Origin: Marsupella aquatica
Taxonomy: Eukaryota > Plantae > Marchantiophyta
Assembly (NCBI GenBank): GCA_973895155.1
Contig: OZ316899.1
Coordinates: 7,443,241 to 7,507,240 of the forward strand
DNA length: 64,000 nucleotides
Direction: 5' to 3'
The notes below the pieces were generated by a model. It was not told the origin of the DNA and did not search any database. It saw only the letters and a list, made by a program, of their open reading frames with translations. This document shows positions 22,691-35,700 of this stretch, in pieces (the stretch's first letter is position 1; every line of letters begins with the position of its first letter). The position numbers were made by a program, and so were the translations under genes.

Positions 22691-25600
22691 ATGACCAGAA
22701 TATTTTTGAGAGGAGACAATGTGATATTGACAAATGATGGTTACGATGTTGCGAGCGGGACAGTTCAAAAAGTCAACCCGCAAGATAGTGTTCAAAAGAT
22801 ATTGTTGAGAGAGAATCGAATGGGAGTTCTCATTGAGAAAGTTTTTGACCGAACCACAAAACTACCATTTCCGATGCCTCGGGCAGAAAACCTTTTTGAT
22901 GCCATTGATTTTCTTGCGTTATTTGGGATTTGTCTTGCGCATATCTATCAACGACAAAAAATTCTCAAAAATGCATTAGTGTAGGTAGTTGTTCAAATAG
23001 ACCCGAGAGTAATTTGGAGAAAAATCCAATTGTAGAGGAGGACTCATCGACCACTCCGAGGCAAGGGGATGAGGTTGAAATGTTCATCTTTGGGTGTTGT
23101 GTAGCCCTTGGAGTTGTTTTCAATACAAATCCAATGAAAAGATGTCACAACATTTTACTTGGTGAATCACGGATCAGTGTGAGGGTCACTGATGTCATTC
23201 ATGGGAGTAGGGTTTTACCTTACAAACACAGTGGGGCTGAAACAATTGACGAGGCAAAAGACTCATGGGTTCTCTGGGACGTGGCAGATGTCCAAAGTAG
23301 AAAGAGTTTCTCAAAGAAGGATGCGGGTGATGATATCAATATAGAGCGGAGTTTTGTTGTGGAGTCTCCCTCAGCTGAAATTTCTAAAACTAATTGTGAC
23401 TATTTCCAACGGTCAAATTGGATGTCAGAGTTAGTTGAACTATACATCGGTTCAGATCGAACCAATAGGGTTGCCACGGGGACCATCACTGTGCCTCAAG
23501 AAACGGCGGCGGTTGACGATGAAATGCTTGGTGAGGACCATGTAGGGATTGCTGTGAAAGATGTGGTGGAATCACAATACTTTCCCAACTTCCATAGGGG
23601 AGTAATTACTTTGGTTCGGTGGCGAATTGATTCAACAAAACTACTTGCAAATGGGAAATTTTTGTCGGACATTTTGGTTGAAGGTTCAGAGAGGATGGAG
23701 TCGGTGGATAGGGATGATCTCTATCCAAATGTGAATGATAGGGGAATGCTGCGCACAAGGCCATACAATTTCAACAAGAGGACTCATGTAGATCCGATTG
23801 AAAAGAAGAGAAGGCTGTTGGAAACCAAGGTAGTTTCAAAAACAACGGAAGCTTCGATTGATGAAATTAAAAGAGAGAATTGTTGCAAGCAGAAATGTTG
23901 TTTGACTATGCCAAGAGAAGACATAGAAGATATTCGGATAGAATTTCACGGGATGTCCAGTGAGTCAAAAACATCACACATTTTCAACCTCTTCCACTAC
24001 AGAGAAGATGATGTTCGTGATAAGGGGCACCATGTTCTCAAGGGTATGGTCGTATGTAGACATGCATTTGCAATCATCCATGGCTTTAGCCACACAAAAT
24101 ATTATGACTACAAAAGGAGGTATGTGGAGGGATGCAAAATTGGGTTCCATGGAAACACGGGCTCCATGAAAACAAGGTCAAATACCTTGCATGCACAAGC
24201 TCTGTTGGAGGATTTTTTGACTCGAAATGCAGAGCCCATGCCTCATATACCTTATGCTGGGGTTCATGGGATAGACTCCACTGAATATCGTCTTCCAGCA
24301 TGTTACAAGAAGCTGGAGATTTTGGAAGATGTGAGAACAAAGATGAAGGAAGAGGGGCTTCCTCCAGTTACAGAGAATACTCTATACAAGATTTGGAGCA
24401 AATCATTCGCAAACTTCAGTTTCCATAAAGATGGTGCATTTGCCAAGTGTACTCTTTGTTGTGAATACAAAGATAGTTTGATGCGAGAAAGAAGGAAAAA
24501 AGAACGTGCTGAAATTGAAGAAAAATGAGCGCAACATCTTCGTGAGCAAATGTCACGTAGATATGTTTACTATGCTCATCGAGTGATGGCTAAGCAACAT
24601 CTAGGGGAATATCTTTGCATCATTCACGACAAGATGGATCAAGCAAAGACGTGGATTCCAAAAATGGTCAGTACTCCTAAATCACTTTCGGGTCATGGGA
24701 TGTCGCTACCTATTGCTCTCACAGGGATGTTGACCCACGGAAGGGATCCAGGAGTCTATGCACACTTTAGTGTCACTGGCCTTTGGCCAGGAGATGCCAA
24801 TTTCACGGTGACATCCTTGGCTAAGTGTCTTCGAGACCTTGAAGAGTACAATGGAGACAAGACAGGTGACATGTTGGATGGCCTTTATTTGGAACCTCAT
24901 AGACCTTTCTTTCAAGCCCTTTTTGACTTTGATGCATTTTTTAAGGGATATTTGGAACCAAAGAGTATTCCAATGAATAGGTATATTGGTTCTGAAGATG
25001 CAGCCGAGAGTCAGACGGAGACGGTCTCCACCCAATATGGTGAGGATCAAGGAGGGGACATGCATGGGGAACAAGGCAGTCCATCTTTCAAGCCCTTGCC
25101 AAGGCACCTAACATTGCAAATGGATAATTAACTCAGCAAATGATAACAAAAACCAGACTGTCATGGCATTTTGTAGTGAGCTTGTGAGTAGAGGAGTATT
25201 TGAAACTGCTCAAATGTCTTTTCTTATGGTTGGTCATACGCACGAAAATGTTGATGTACTCTTTTCGAAGGTATCATATCAAGTTCAGCACAAGGAAGTT
25301 GCAACTCTCCTTGCTCTTATGGCAGAGGTTTGGGAATGTGAGAGCATTCATCCAGTTCCCAGATTGATACAAGAAGTTGCATCTTACAAAGAATATCTTC
25401 AAACTTTCAAAGTTAAAGATATTCAAGGTCACTCAAAATCCGTATCATTTCTTTTCTCTATGAGAGATAATGTACCAATATTTCAGTATAAGTCCCATGT
25501 AAAGCAAGCTTGGGCTCCAGTTGGTGGAAGGTGCATTTGGGCAACAGATCTGACAACAAATTCTCTTCTTTTACCTAGTGGAGAGCCCTTAGCTAAATCC

Positions 25601-26440
25601 ATTGGAGAGATACACAAAAAATCTGAAGAGATTATCCCATTTCTTACCAAGTACCTTGATTTTTTGAGAAGGAGTTGCACTGATGAGACATCTATAGCAT
25701 ATAAGGAAAGATTTCCTCTTGTGAAATATTGGGAGAGAATTGTGGAGTTGTTGACAAATGGGCTTGCACTAGAAGGGGAGGGAAGTACTCAATTTCCCTT
25801 GAAAAACGGATTTTGGCCTAAGACTAACCATGGCACTGGTTACAAGGTCAACCAACCGGATCAAAGTGGTCCTCCAAGTGAAGATGAGGAGAATGCAGAG
25901 ATGACGGCTCTTCAAAATGAGGTCTTGGAAGAGATGGAAGATCAAGCGGCACCATTTGTTGGATCTTGAGCTGAGAGAGAACAAGGACGGTGGATTCCCC
26001 TACAGGATATTTGTCAAGGGAACTTTGTATTTCTTCGACCCGAGGATGACTGGGAGAATAAAAATGGTGGAGGTCATTTCTGGTTGGTGAGAGCTTTGGG
26101 TTTGGTTGACCCTAAGCATGAAGTCCCAACTACATCTCCAACAAACCCTCCTCTGCCTCAACAATATGCTCCAATGTTTCCAGTCGAATGGTGGAGGCCT
26201 AAACACTCTAAACTTGATGTGACTGAGAGTGCACGGTATCTAAACTGCTTCATGTCCACTAAGACATGGGAACGAGATCCAGGGTTTGGTGAGAACGCTC
26301 AACATTGGCAGTATGCAAATTCTGCAATGTATGGTTTTAAATCTAGCATGAAAGAAGAAAACATGGCGGGCAGAGGTTGAAGATTCCTCAAAATGTTCTA
26401 CAAACTGTCCAAAGTTATCTCCAAAGGATGGACAAGTAGA
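22691..26440 (+). pseudogene. Sola-like DDD transposase with three N-terminal Tnp1/En-Spm-like domains; disrupted by 2 TGA stops and frameshifts
   Basis: CCKQKCC, VCRHAFAIIHGFS, LPACY, FAKCTLC, IIHDKMDQAK, LTLQMDN(SANDNKNQTV), SFLMVGHTHENVD. ORFs 22930/24550 and 25163/26084 are pairwise in frame; 4-bp insertion at ~25128. Confidence 0.85.
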
Positions 26441-26684
26441 CTTAGTTGTTACTTGTGAAGTTATAATAATTATTAAATAGATAGTTACTTAGATAGTAAC
26501 AAGTACCTACTAGTTATTTACTATTTTAATAGTTTTAATGTGAGACCATGCCATTGAGTGTTAGTTATACTATCTCCTCATTTTCTAAACTTTTGATCGT
26601 TATGAATATGAATGTTTGCTTTTTTTGCATAATTAAAAATATTTTTCTATTCATTCCTTTCTTTTAAATGATTATAATAAGAGT

Positions 26685-27006
26685 TGGTACACTTTTTAGG
26701 CCAAATGTACACTTTGTTGCACTCAAAGCTACACTTTCTAGACCAAATGCACTTAAATGTACACTTTTTAAGCCAAATGTATGTTTTTTTAACTCAAATG
26801 TACACTTTCTAGGCCAAATGTACTCAAATGTACACTTTTAAAGCCAAATGTACCTATTTTGATGTTCAAATATACACTTTTCATTGCCCAAATGTACACT
26901 CTTTAGGCCAATTGTACACTTTTCTATCCCCAAATGTACACTTTTCATTGGCCAAATGTACACTTTTTCAAGCCCAAAAGTACACTTTTCATTGCCCAAA
27001 TGTACA
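26685..27006 (+). repeat. Right subterminal CCAAATGTACACTTT repeats (~15 copies, ~21-22-bp period)
   Basis: Read directly. Confidence 0.92.
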
Positions 27007-28654
27007 TAAATCAAATAATAATACACTTTTAATGAATAGGCTGATATTGATCCCTTGGGCGGGAAGCTAGAGGACTGCTACTTGGCTCACTTGCCCCCTA
27101 GTGCCCATGATTCTACCCGATTTGGTCCTTCAGGGAGGCCAAAGATGAGCTTAAGCCGTGTCTTGTTCAAGGACATCACTCGTTTGTGAGCACGGATCTG
27201 TTGTCGGGCTTTGTCAAAGTTCTGGATGAACTCAGTCTTGTCTTGCCCATAGTATCTGGAGGTTTCCAAGGGAGAGCGGCGAGGTGCTTGAACCCTTGGG
27301 TTTCAGGTAACCTGCATGCTTTGGGCGGAGAATGTTTTTGTGGACATTCTCCCCCATTCAATGCATGGTTAATTTGGCCATTGTGACAAAGGCCACAGGT
27401 AAGCCTGATACTGAAGTCGGTTCCTTTTGCTTCTTACCTTGGGATCTGGGGTGACTCGTTGAGGTGGGCAACTCCCCGTTTGGTGGTAGCTGGATTGCTA
27501 TCGCCATTAGCACTGGTGTTGGGGCGGCAACTGTTACCGTGTTGTCTACCGGGGCCGCCTCACGGGTTTGGGCTTGCTAAGGTGGTGGTGCATTACCCAT
27601 CCCGAGTCGACGGGTTCCCGGAGGTTTGCGGACAAGTGGTGGAGGAACTTTCTTGTCCTCCGAGCTCAGGTTGACCACGTTCACCACGGATCACACCCAA
27701 GCGGGTGGTGTGATCGGTGGCGGAGAGTGGTTGAAGGGTGCTTGGGGTGGCATCTGCGCTTGTCCTAGCACTGGTGAGTTGGCCGCAGGTGCTGCTGGAG
27801 GAGGTGCCATGGGACCTAGAGTTCCTAATGGGAAGCCAACCAATGCTGAGATTGACAATGGTCCGCCCGGGTTGGGCCTATTACCGAACTGACAGTCAAG
27901 GCAAGCCTGCACCATGACTAGTATGTTGTCAAAGTGATGACGCTGTAAGTCCATTGTGCCAGGGTACTTGGTCCCCTCAAAGAAGAACTCGGAGATCTCA
28001 GCGTCTCGGCAATATTTTCTCTCAAATGGAAGGTTGAGGTCGTTGTTGTAATGAGAGCGCCCGTTCAACTGGATAAGCCATTTGTAATGCCTTTTGGCTT
28101 TGTACTTCCACAGGTTGTGCTCAACAAGTGAGGTTGCAAGATGGTTACCAATTCACAAAAATTGGTACCAAAAGCAAATAGCAGAACTGGACATAACCGT
28201 GACAGACATATGGGGAAGTGTTGAGGGCTGGCTAAATTACTAAGTGCGCAAAGGTGCCGGGCTCAAAGCTTGGGCGAAGAGAGAACTGGTGAACCCCACA
28301 CCTTTTATACCCCTGCCTTGCCTTGATTGATCGGCTCCTCTTGTTCACAATAGGCCGAGCTTGTCACGCTCAAGGCTTACCGATCACTCCTTCCGTCAGG
28401 GTCAGAGCATGGTAGATAGCTACCTCCGGATCAATTATAGGATCCAAGGCAGTCAACCATATCTGGTGGTACATCAGGTGCCGCGCTGCCAGCCCGAGCA
28501 TGAACTCCCATTGTTACTAAAACTATCCTAAGCATCATGATGAGCTAATTTTGTGTCATTATGCTAATAACTATGGATTCCAAAGTCTACGTCATACTTG
28601 CGTAACATGGATTAAACCGTATTACTCACTACCAGCCGTGCTGGCGGCGTCACA

Positions 28655-31600
28655 ACTTTAATATGATAGGATCTTGGGATGACACTTTTGGTAGCACACA
28701 AGTGATCAGAGGTAGAGAGGCAGAATTTTGGCAATTTCTTAAAGTCAGATTTAATTTAGAGGATGCACAAAACATTACAGAGCTTTTTTCAGGAGCAAAG
28801 TTCATTTGGCGCAAAATTAGACTAGAAAATCAAATAGAATCTAGTCTGGACCAATTTTATATTAGCAATAAAGGATGGTGGTTGGGAGAAGTGACTGAAC
28901 TAAAACTTGAAGGGGGGTCAACTCTATCTGACCATGATCCAATCATATGTAAATTCAGTCTCGTAAGACAACAGAGGCAAGAAGCAGATTTAATTTCTTT
29001 AAAGCCAATCTGTATGCTCATAGACAAGCAAGCAATCTGGATGCCCTAGAGGGAGCTTGGACCTAGGGAGTTGATGATGAACTGGACCCTCACATTAGGT
29101 TTATGAAAGCAAGCACTAGATTGAGAGATTGTTACATGGAAATCCAAGCAACCCCTATACAAAAAGATGAGGAGATGTTCTTCTTACGAGAAAAAATGCA
29201 TCAACTTAAGATAGCCATTGTTGAGTCTCACAATGATGCAGACTTGAAAGCATTTTTTGAAGCAGAGGAACAGGTTAAAATTGCTGAGATGGATGAAGCC
29301 CAACAATTGAGACGTTTAGCCAAGCTGAATTGGATTGGTCAAGGTGAAGAACCTTCAAAATTCTATTTTGCCATAGTGAAAGCTAAACGAGCTAGGGAAG
29401 CTATGGACAAGCTGATTTTAGAGGATGGGAGTGTTCTCGCTCTCAAACCCTTGAGAGCTTCTGAAACAAGTTGAAGCTCACGTACTGCAAAGAACTTTAC
29501 TTTCCACCAATTTCTTGCAATGAAGAAGAGAGCCTGGTTTCAGTTGCAAGGAGCAGGCTGCTGAGCAACACTCAACATGCACACTTGCAAGGTGAACTCA
29601 CTATGCTGGAGTCTCTTCCATCACTGAAGGAAATTAAGGAAACTCTCTGGTTACTTCCTAAGGACAAGGCACCTGGTCTGGATGGCATCACTATGAAAGT
29701 TTATAGGGCTTGCTAGGAGTTTTTAAAAGATGAGTTAACTAATATGATACATGATTAGTGGATTACATGGAGGTTGGCGGTTGGGACAAAGGAAGGAATT
29801 TTCAAGTTTATACTTAAGAAACCAGATAAGAGCAGACTTAAAGATTGGACTATGCTCAACACCATATACAAATTGATGGCTAAGATACTAGCTCTTCGAC
29901 TCAAGTTACTGGTGCATAAGTTTATTAGCCCACAACAAACCAGTTTTATTCCTGGCAGATTTATCCTAGAGAACATTTTGTTGGCATGGTTAACCAGAAA
30001 CTAGGTACATTCATGAAAAAGGAAACCCTCTTTCTTAAACTTGATTTTGAGAAAGCCTTCGACAGAGGTAATCACTCTTACATATGGGACACAATGTACG
30101 CTTTAGGAATTAGTGGTCACTTCACCCGACTAGTTAAATCCCTTCTCAACTTAGCTGCATCCAGAGCACATGTCAATGGACTGCTTGCAGATTCCCTTTT
30201 GATCGAGAGAGGGGTGAGACAGGGCTGCCCCCTCTCGCCTCTTCTATTTGTCATTTCCGCCCAACCACTTATGGATCTCATTGATTCAGAGATTAAACGT
30301 GGTAACTTCAGTGGAGTAGATATTGCCCCTGGATTTACTATTTGCTACAGGTTCTTTGCAGATGATATAGGGCTCTTCATCCCGGTGATTGAGGAAGCAT
30401 TCTTGCAAGCGAAGGAAGTGCTTTCTTGTTATGAGATGGCTTTTGGCGCCAACCTCAACTTACAGAAGTCAGTTATCATTCCACTGGCTATGGAAGACAT
30501 TCCTGAGTGGCTGACACATACAGGTTGCATTATCAGTAAACGTGGAGAGGTTCAAGAATATCTTGGTGCTCCTTTTGGTATTGGCTTCTTGCAAAACTCA
30601 TTGCACAGATTCTGTCTAGATAGAATTAGCTCCAAACTTTCATTGTGGACCACTAGATTCCTCTCTTTTACTGGACTAATGCTGCTGGTGAGACACATGT
30701 TGCAGGCCATTCCAATCTACCATATGATGTTCCTGAAATCATCAGCAGACCTGGCCAAGAAAATGGCTGCCCTTTGTCATGACTTTTTGTGGGGATACAA
30801 TATGGAAGGAGGTGGTTGCATTCTGCTGGTGGCTTGGTACAAGATGTCTCAACCAAGCTGGATGGTGGACTGGGATTTTCGAACTCATTTGGATGCTTTA
30901 CTTTGCAAATGGATTTTGTCAACAAATTCAGAATGGGCTAAGATGTATGAAAATAACTTATGGCAGCTACAATGGTGGAACAAACATGCAATGAAAGGAA
31001 TGGATACTTGGCATTGGATCTTATTTTGCTTGGCTCTCCCAAATTGTTTGGTTCCTTCTCCTATACCAGTGGGCTCTGGAAAGCTTGGGAACCCCTGCAA
31101 TGCCCGGGTACGACGGGTATTCCTGGACATTGGTGCATAGTTGATGCTACCCGCTGCATTAATGGATTCATTCCTTAAGTACCCTTGAAGGATTCAGTCA
31201 AAATTGCAGCACTTTGTGGAAGATCAGGGATTAAGAAAGTAGCAGACTGTTGGCACGGATCAGAACATACTCTGAGGGATTTCTATCAGAGGTTAGGCCG
31301 GCTAAGGTAGATCTCATAAACTGTGAAGAGCCTTTGCAGTGTACTAATTGCTCTCATTGTAGCTGCCGGAATGAAAAATGGGAATTGGGTAACAAGTGCG
31401 CGACAATGGTGATGGGAAGACAATGATATGGCGCTGAGTTGATTTAAATTAGGGACCCCCGAACATATCAACTTCTCAGGCTGAAAGGATCTGATGGTAC
31501 TAGATGGAACAAAAACTGGTGCTACTCTAGGTCGGAGTCAGAATGGAATAGGTTTTGGAAGAACTTATGGTCTTTGTATCTACCTACTCGAGCCAAAGTC

Positions 31601-32400
31601 TTTCTATGGAGAGTTGTTGCACATGGACATTTTTACTGGCAGTCGGGCACAAAGAATTGGGAAGAGCACTGGCTGTTGTGCTCTTTGTGAGAGGCTCCTG
31701 GAGACTATCCTGTACCTATTTTTCTTTTGCTCCTTTTCAAGAGATTGTTGGGAGCTTTTAGCTTGTTGTTTTCCTGGCCTTATTCCGTGGTCAGGAAATG
31801 ACCTGGTTAAACCCCAGGTTGAACTCATTGCATCTGTTTCTGATCGAACAGACGCTTCCATTATCAATATATTTGTGATTTATCAGACTTTGTGGATGAT
31901 ATGGAATACCAGGAACCAACAGACATTCAACAGAAATGCGAGGAGAACTTTTGACATTCATCTGATCCTTTCAGAAACTGCTGTTGGGTTATATGCTGTT
32001 GCGCATGGTCTCTGATTTGGTCAAAGATTTAACAGGCTATAAAGTGCTAAGGGACATGTAGCCTGTTAAACCTGTTAAAGGCTTAGTTTAGGTGGAGGTA
32101 GGATCTTTTTAGGAGCACAACTGTGATCCTTCGTGTTCTTGGGAACTCTGCTGCTATTTAGGGTGTTAGTTGTTGTGTGTTTCTTTTAGTTGCTGCACTA
32201 TAGTTGGAGTATTTTTAGTTGCTTCACCTCTACTTGTGCTGCCACTATTTTCTTCATCTCTTACTTCATTGTTCCTTGGACGGGCTTTTCTCTCAGGCTT
32301 TCTGCTGCTGAGAGTTTTTTCCTGGCCTCGGGTTTTTTGGTTTCCCTCCCTGGATGTTTTGGACCTTGCTTGTTTCTTCTTGACCGTAGGGTTTACGCGG
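28655..32400 (+). mobile_element. Degenerate L1-clade LINE (5' truncated): endonuclease C-terminus, RT, zf-RVT, 3' UTR
   Basis: SLDQFY, SDHDPI, KAPGLDG, KLDFEKAFD, GVRQGCPLSPLLF, FADD, YLGAP, CALC..LETILYLFFFC; the 3' end resembles the LINE end at ~55600. Confidence 0.92.
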
Positions 32401-32756
32401 TGTGATGCCTTGCCAGGATCACGAAGTACCTAGTTAAGCCTAAAATAATGGCTAAATAAAAATTAGTTAGATAGTATAAGGTAGAAATAAAGACCAAAGC
32501 CGATTACAGCGCGTCGCGGGGAGGATTGCGATAGGGTAGGATCCAATGGTTGCAATTAAGCGGGATTAGGGTTATGACCTAATCCACGCTTGATCACGTA
32601 CACAAGGAATTGGAGGTGATTTCACGGGGAGGGGACCGACACTCTATATACTCACTCATTCTCTTGTTGCTCGGGACCTAGGGAGGCGGAAGCAGCTGCC
32701 GATTGATCAAGGGAGGTGGGTAGGGAATTGCTCAAGCTCCTCTTTCATTTGGTCAA

Positions 32757-35700
32757 ATGACCACGGTGAATCAAGCGACTAAGTTTTGGGGCTGTTTGCT
32801 TGAAGAAGCACGATAGCTCATACCAACTTACGAAGACGTTGAGCCAGAACGAGCAGCAAGGGAACGGGCGGAGCTCGCACAATTATGGGGAATTCATAAG
32901 ATGGCTTTTGTGGGAACAGAGGAGGTACTCGAGAAATTCTTATGGACTCCCACCAGTGCCGAGCTTGACAAGTTGCTGATTAGAGAGAATCAAGTCGTTG
33001 GAATTTGGGAGGTGATTAAGAATGTTGGGCAGCCGGTTTGGGAGTTGAAGGGTCACACTTTGGCTTGGACCAAGGAGGCCATTCTTGGAGAGTTTTCAAG
33101 GACTGAAGAGATGAAGCAGAAGGGTAGTTTGGCGTCTGCAACACCAGCTAAGTGGAACCGGTCTGAGAGGCAGGCCAAGGTTGAAGCCGTGCCAATTCAA
33201 GATAGGGCAGTAGAGGATAAGTTTATGGCGGGTTGGGCGGATAGGCTGCCTGTCGACTTACAACTGCAGTTTGCACAAGAAGAAGATGAGGTCTTCTGTG
33301 CTATCCAGGATAACAAGTATTCTGGATACATGAACAACACCGGCTTAGAGGGATTCATCCGGTTGCCGTGGCGGTTAATTGACATACCAGACAAAGATCT
33401 ATTAGACTTAGTGGGATGCTGGGAGGCTTCTTCTAGCACGACGCTGATGTATGGGAAGGTGGTGGAATTAACGCCAGCACTAATTGAAGCCGTCTTTGCT
33501 CTTCCACAAGGGAATAAAACTAAGGTGGAGCAATAAAAGACATTGTCGGATAACCAATTCCAATCATTTCCAGGGCCCTCTACTGAGAATGGGTTCTTTA
33601 GAAATCAATGCACTAATCCACATGTGGGGCAGTTGATTGATTTCTTAAGAGTCACGCTACACTGTACATTGCCGAGAGCAGAGATCGGCCAGGTATTTTT
33701 GGTGGAGAATATCAATTCAAGCCGAGACTACAATGGCTATCTCTTAATGCAGTTAAAGAAGGCATTAAATGAAGAGAAGCAGAGTATTGGGGAAGGAGCG
33801 GTATCCAGACTAGGGTACCATCTATAATTACTTTGCCGATATGCAAGAAGCCAATCTTTTGCACCCGTGCTACCGCTACAAGAACGGATGCCGATCATAG
33901 CACCCTTGGAGGAGGACAAGGAGCCCCTGAACAAATGACGGCAAGCAAAGAGGCCGGCAATACAGACAATTCAGGGACGGGAGAATTCCCCTCTCAAGGA
34001 ACCAGAGGTGGTAACATATGATGTGATGAGAAATCCGTTGCGTCGGCCTACTCGTAATAATCCACATGTAGGTATTCAATTGGTAGAGAGGAAGATGACT
34101 GCCAAAGAAAGAAAGAGACCGGATGAGCAAATGGATTTGGAGTTAGAAGATGGAAGCCGAGGCCGAAGTCAGGAGAGGCCAGTCCTTAGAGCTTCGGCCC
34201 AAGTGGAGGAACCTGTGGAGGTAAATCAACCAGTGGCAGCCCAACAATACTCAAAGGAGGAGATTGGGGGCTTTGCAGAAGAGGCCGGCATACTCGATAG
34301 TCAGGTTAATGTGGATGATTACGACGATGATTATGTCAATCATGGGGAGACGTGGGTGCCAGGTGTGAGAACGTTGGGAAGGTTTTGTAGAAGACTTCCC
34401 TCAGTATTTTATGGCAAGCCGGAGGATCAAAAAACCCCAGAGTCTCCGCCACCGGATGTGACACCATTGGAATTTGATTGGATGAAGGAGGCCAAGGCAG
34501 GTCTGAAGGAGAAACTTGTCGAGTGGAAGGTCCAAAATGACATACAAGAACAGCAGCTACCACGTGGTGATTGGCCGGAGGAAATCAAACGGCTTAGTGA
34601 GAAGCAGGCCGAGCCTCTCACTAACTTTGATCAATTGCGGGCAAAAGCTTGGGAGAAACGGCCTCGTTGGCAGATGCCAATGTCACCTGGCAGGTCAAAT
34701 TATGCAAGGGATCGGGCTAGGGAGTATGGAGACATGTGTGGACTGCTAGCCTTAGAAATCTTTGACAATGAGTTAGAATTGGGACCATTGCTTAGAAAGG
34801 AAATGGCTGACCAAACAAGGCTGGAGGAGGCTATGACGTTGGAGCGATTAAAGAAAGAAGAAGTAATCGCTCGGCTTTGCTACATGGAAGCTGAAGTTGC
34901 TAAGACAAAGATTGATCAACAAGCTCAAAAGGATCTCTTGGCTAAGCAGCAGGAATTGGAGGTGGCAAACAACCAATTGGACAACTAGCAGCTCAAGGAA
35001 AAATTGACAAAGGTACAGCTGGAGTTAGCCGATTCAAAGGAGGAGGTACAGGGTCTAAATTGGCAAGTCGAGAGGCTCAAAAAGACGGCTAAGGACCAGG
35101 CCACCCAGAGTGAGAAGGCCTTGGCTGAAGCCCAAAGGAAGTATGACAAGCTACTCAACCGGTTGGAGGCCGTGCGGGAGAAGCATGAGGACGCCATTTG
35201 TACAGCGGCCAATGATCACCTAAGCCGAGTCCAACAGATACGCAAGGAGCTTCAAGAGGAGATAACCAAGACAAAGCAGGCATACACGGATGAGGTCACG
35301 AAGCTGGAAGCCATCAACAATTCCCAGAGAGCTGCTCTGGATAAGGAGTTTGAGATCGTGCAAATCTTAAACGAGGAACTAAAGACGGCCAAGGATGAGG
35401 CGCATCGGCTTAACAAGGAAGTTGAGGACTTATCTCAGGAGCTGGAGGAGGCCAAAGACAAGATGATCAGGTTGCAAAGGTGGCCAAATAATCAAATGGA
35501 GAAGTTGTGAAAGTATGCCAAAGCAGGACGCGGATCACCAACTGGACGGTCTCCCGCTAGTGGCGTGGTAGCCGGGAATATTGACATGCCGAAACCGACA
35601 TCAATATTGTCAAGGACAACTGAGGGTAAGGCAATGCAATCGGTTGCAGATCTGGCCAAGACATTCATAGGGCCAGCAGGTACTTATGGGGTACCTCTCA

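Larger units (their letters stand above)
14438..27045 (+). mobile_element. Structurally complete 12.6-kb Sola-like DDD DNA transposon with cargo genes
   Basis: Perfect 26-bp TIR ATCAGCCTATTCATTAAAAGTGTATT (14438-14463; reverse complement at 27020-27045); 4-bp TSD ATTG (14434-14437 and 27046-27049); subterminal repeats; transposase with HDKMDQ / QMDN..NKN / FLMVGHTHENVD motifs. Confidence 0.88.
13281..28654 (-). mobile_element. Gypsy LTR remnant, family C, with embedded PMD-like ORF; split by the Sola-like insertion (parts 27046-28654 and ~13281-14437)
   Basis: Minus-strand start TGTGACGCCGCCAGCACGG at 28654 resembles the LTR start at 46001. Translation LPWKPP..EFIQNFD..LKLIFGLPEG..SFPPKGSMENDF..CLIPEIAERLEFQRYALH..AYLGGH aligns by eye with the family A ORF across the insertion site. 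Confidence 0.7.

Noticed and set aside
25120-25140. 4-bp insertion in the transposase MDN motif as an excision footprint
   Set aside because: Not an exact duplication of adjacent bases; cannot be distinguished from an ordinary indel.
26828-27070. ORFs 26828-27070, 26838-27026, 14354-14626, 22008-22409, 20515-20703
   Set aside because: Translations of subterminal or palindromic repeat arrays.
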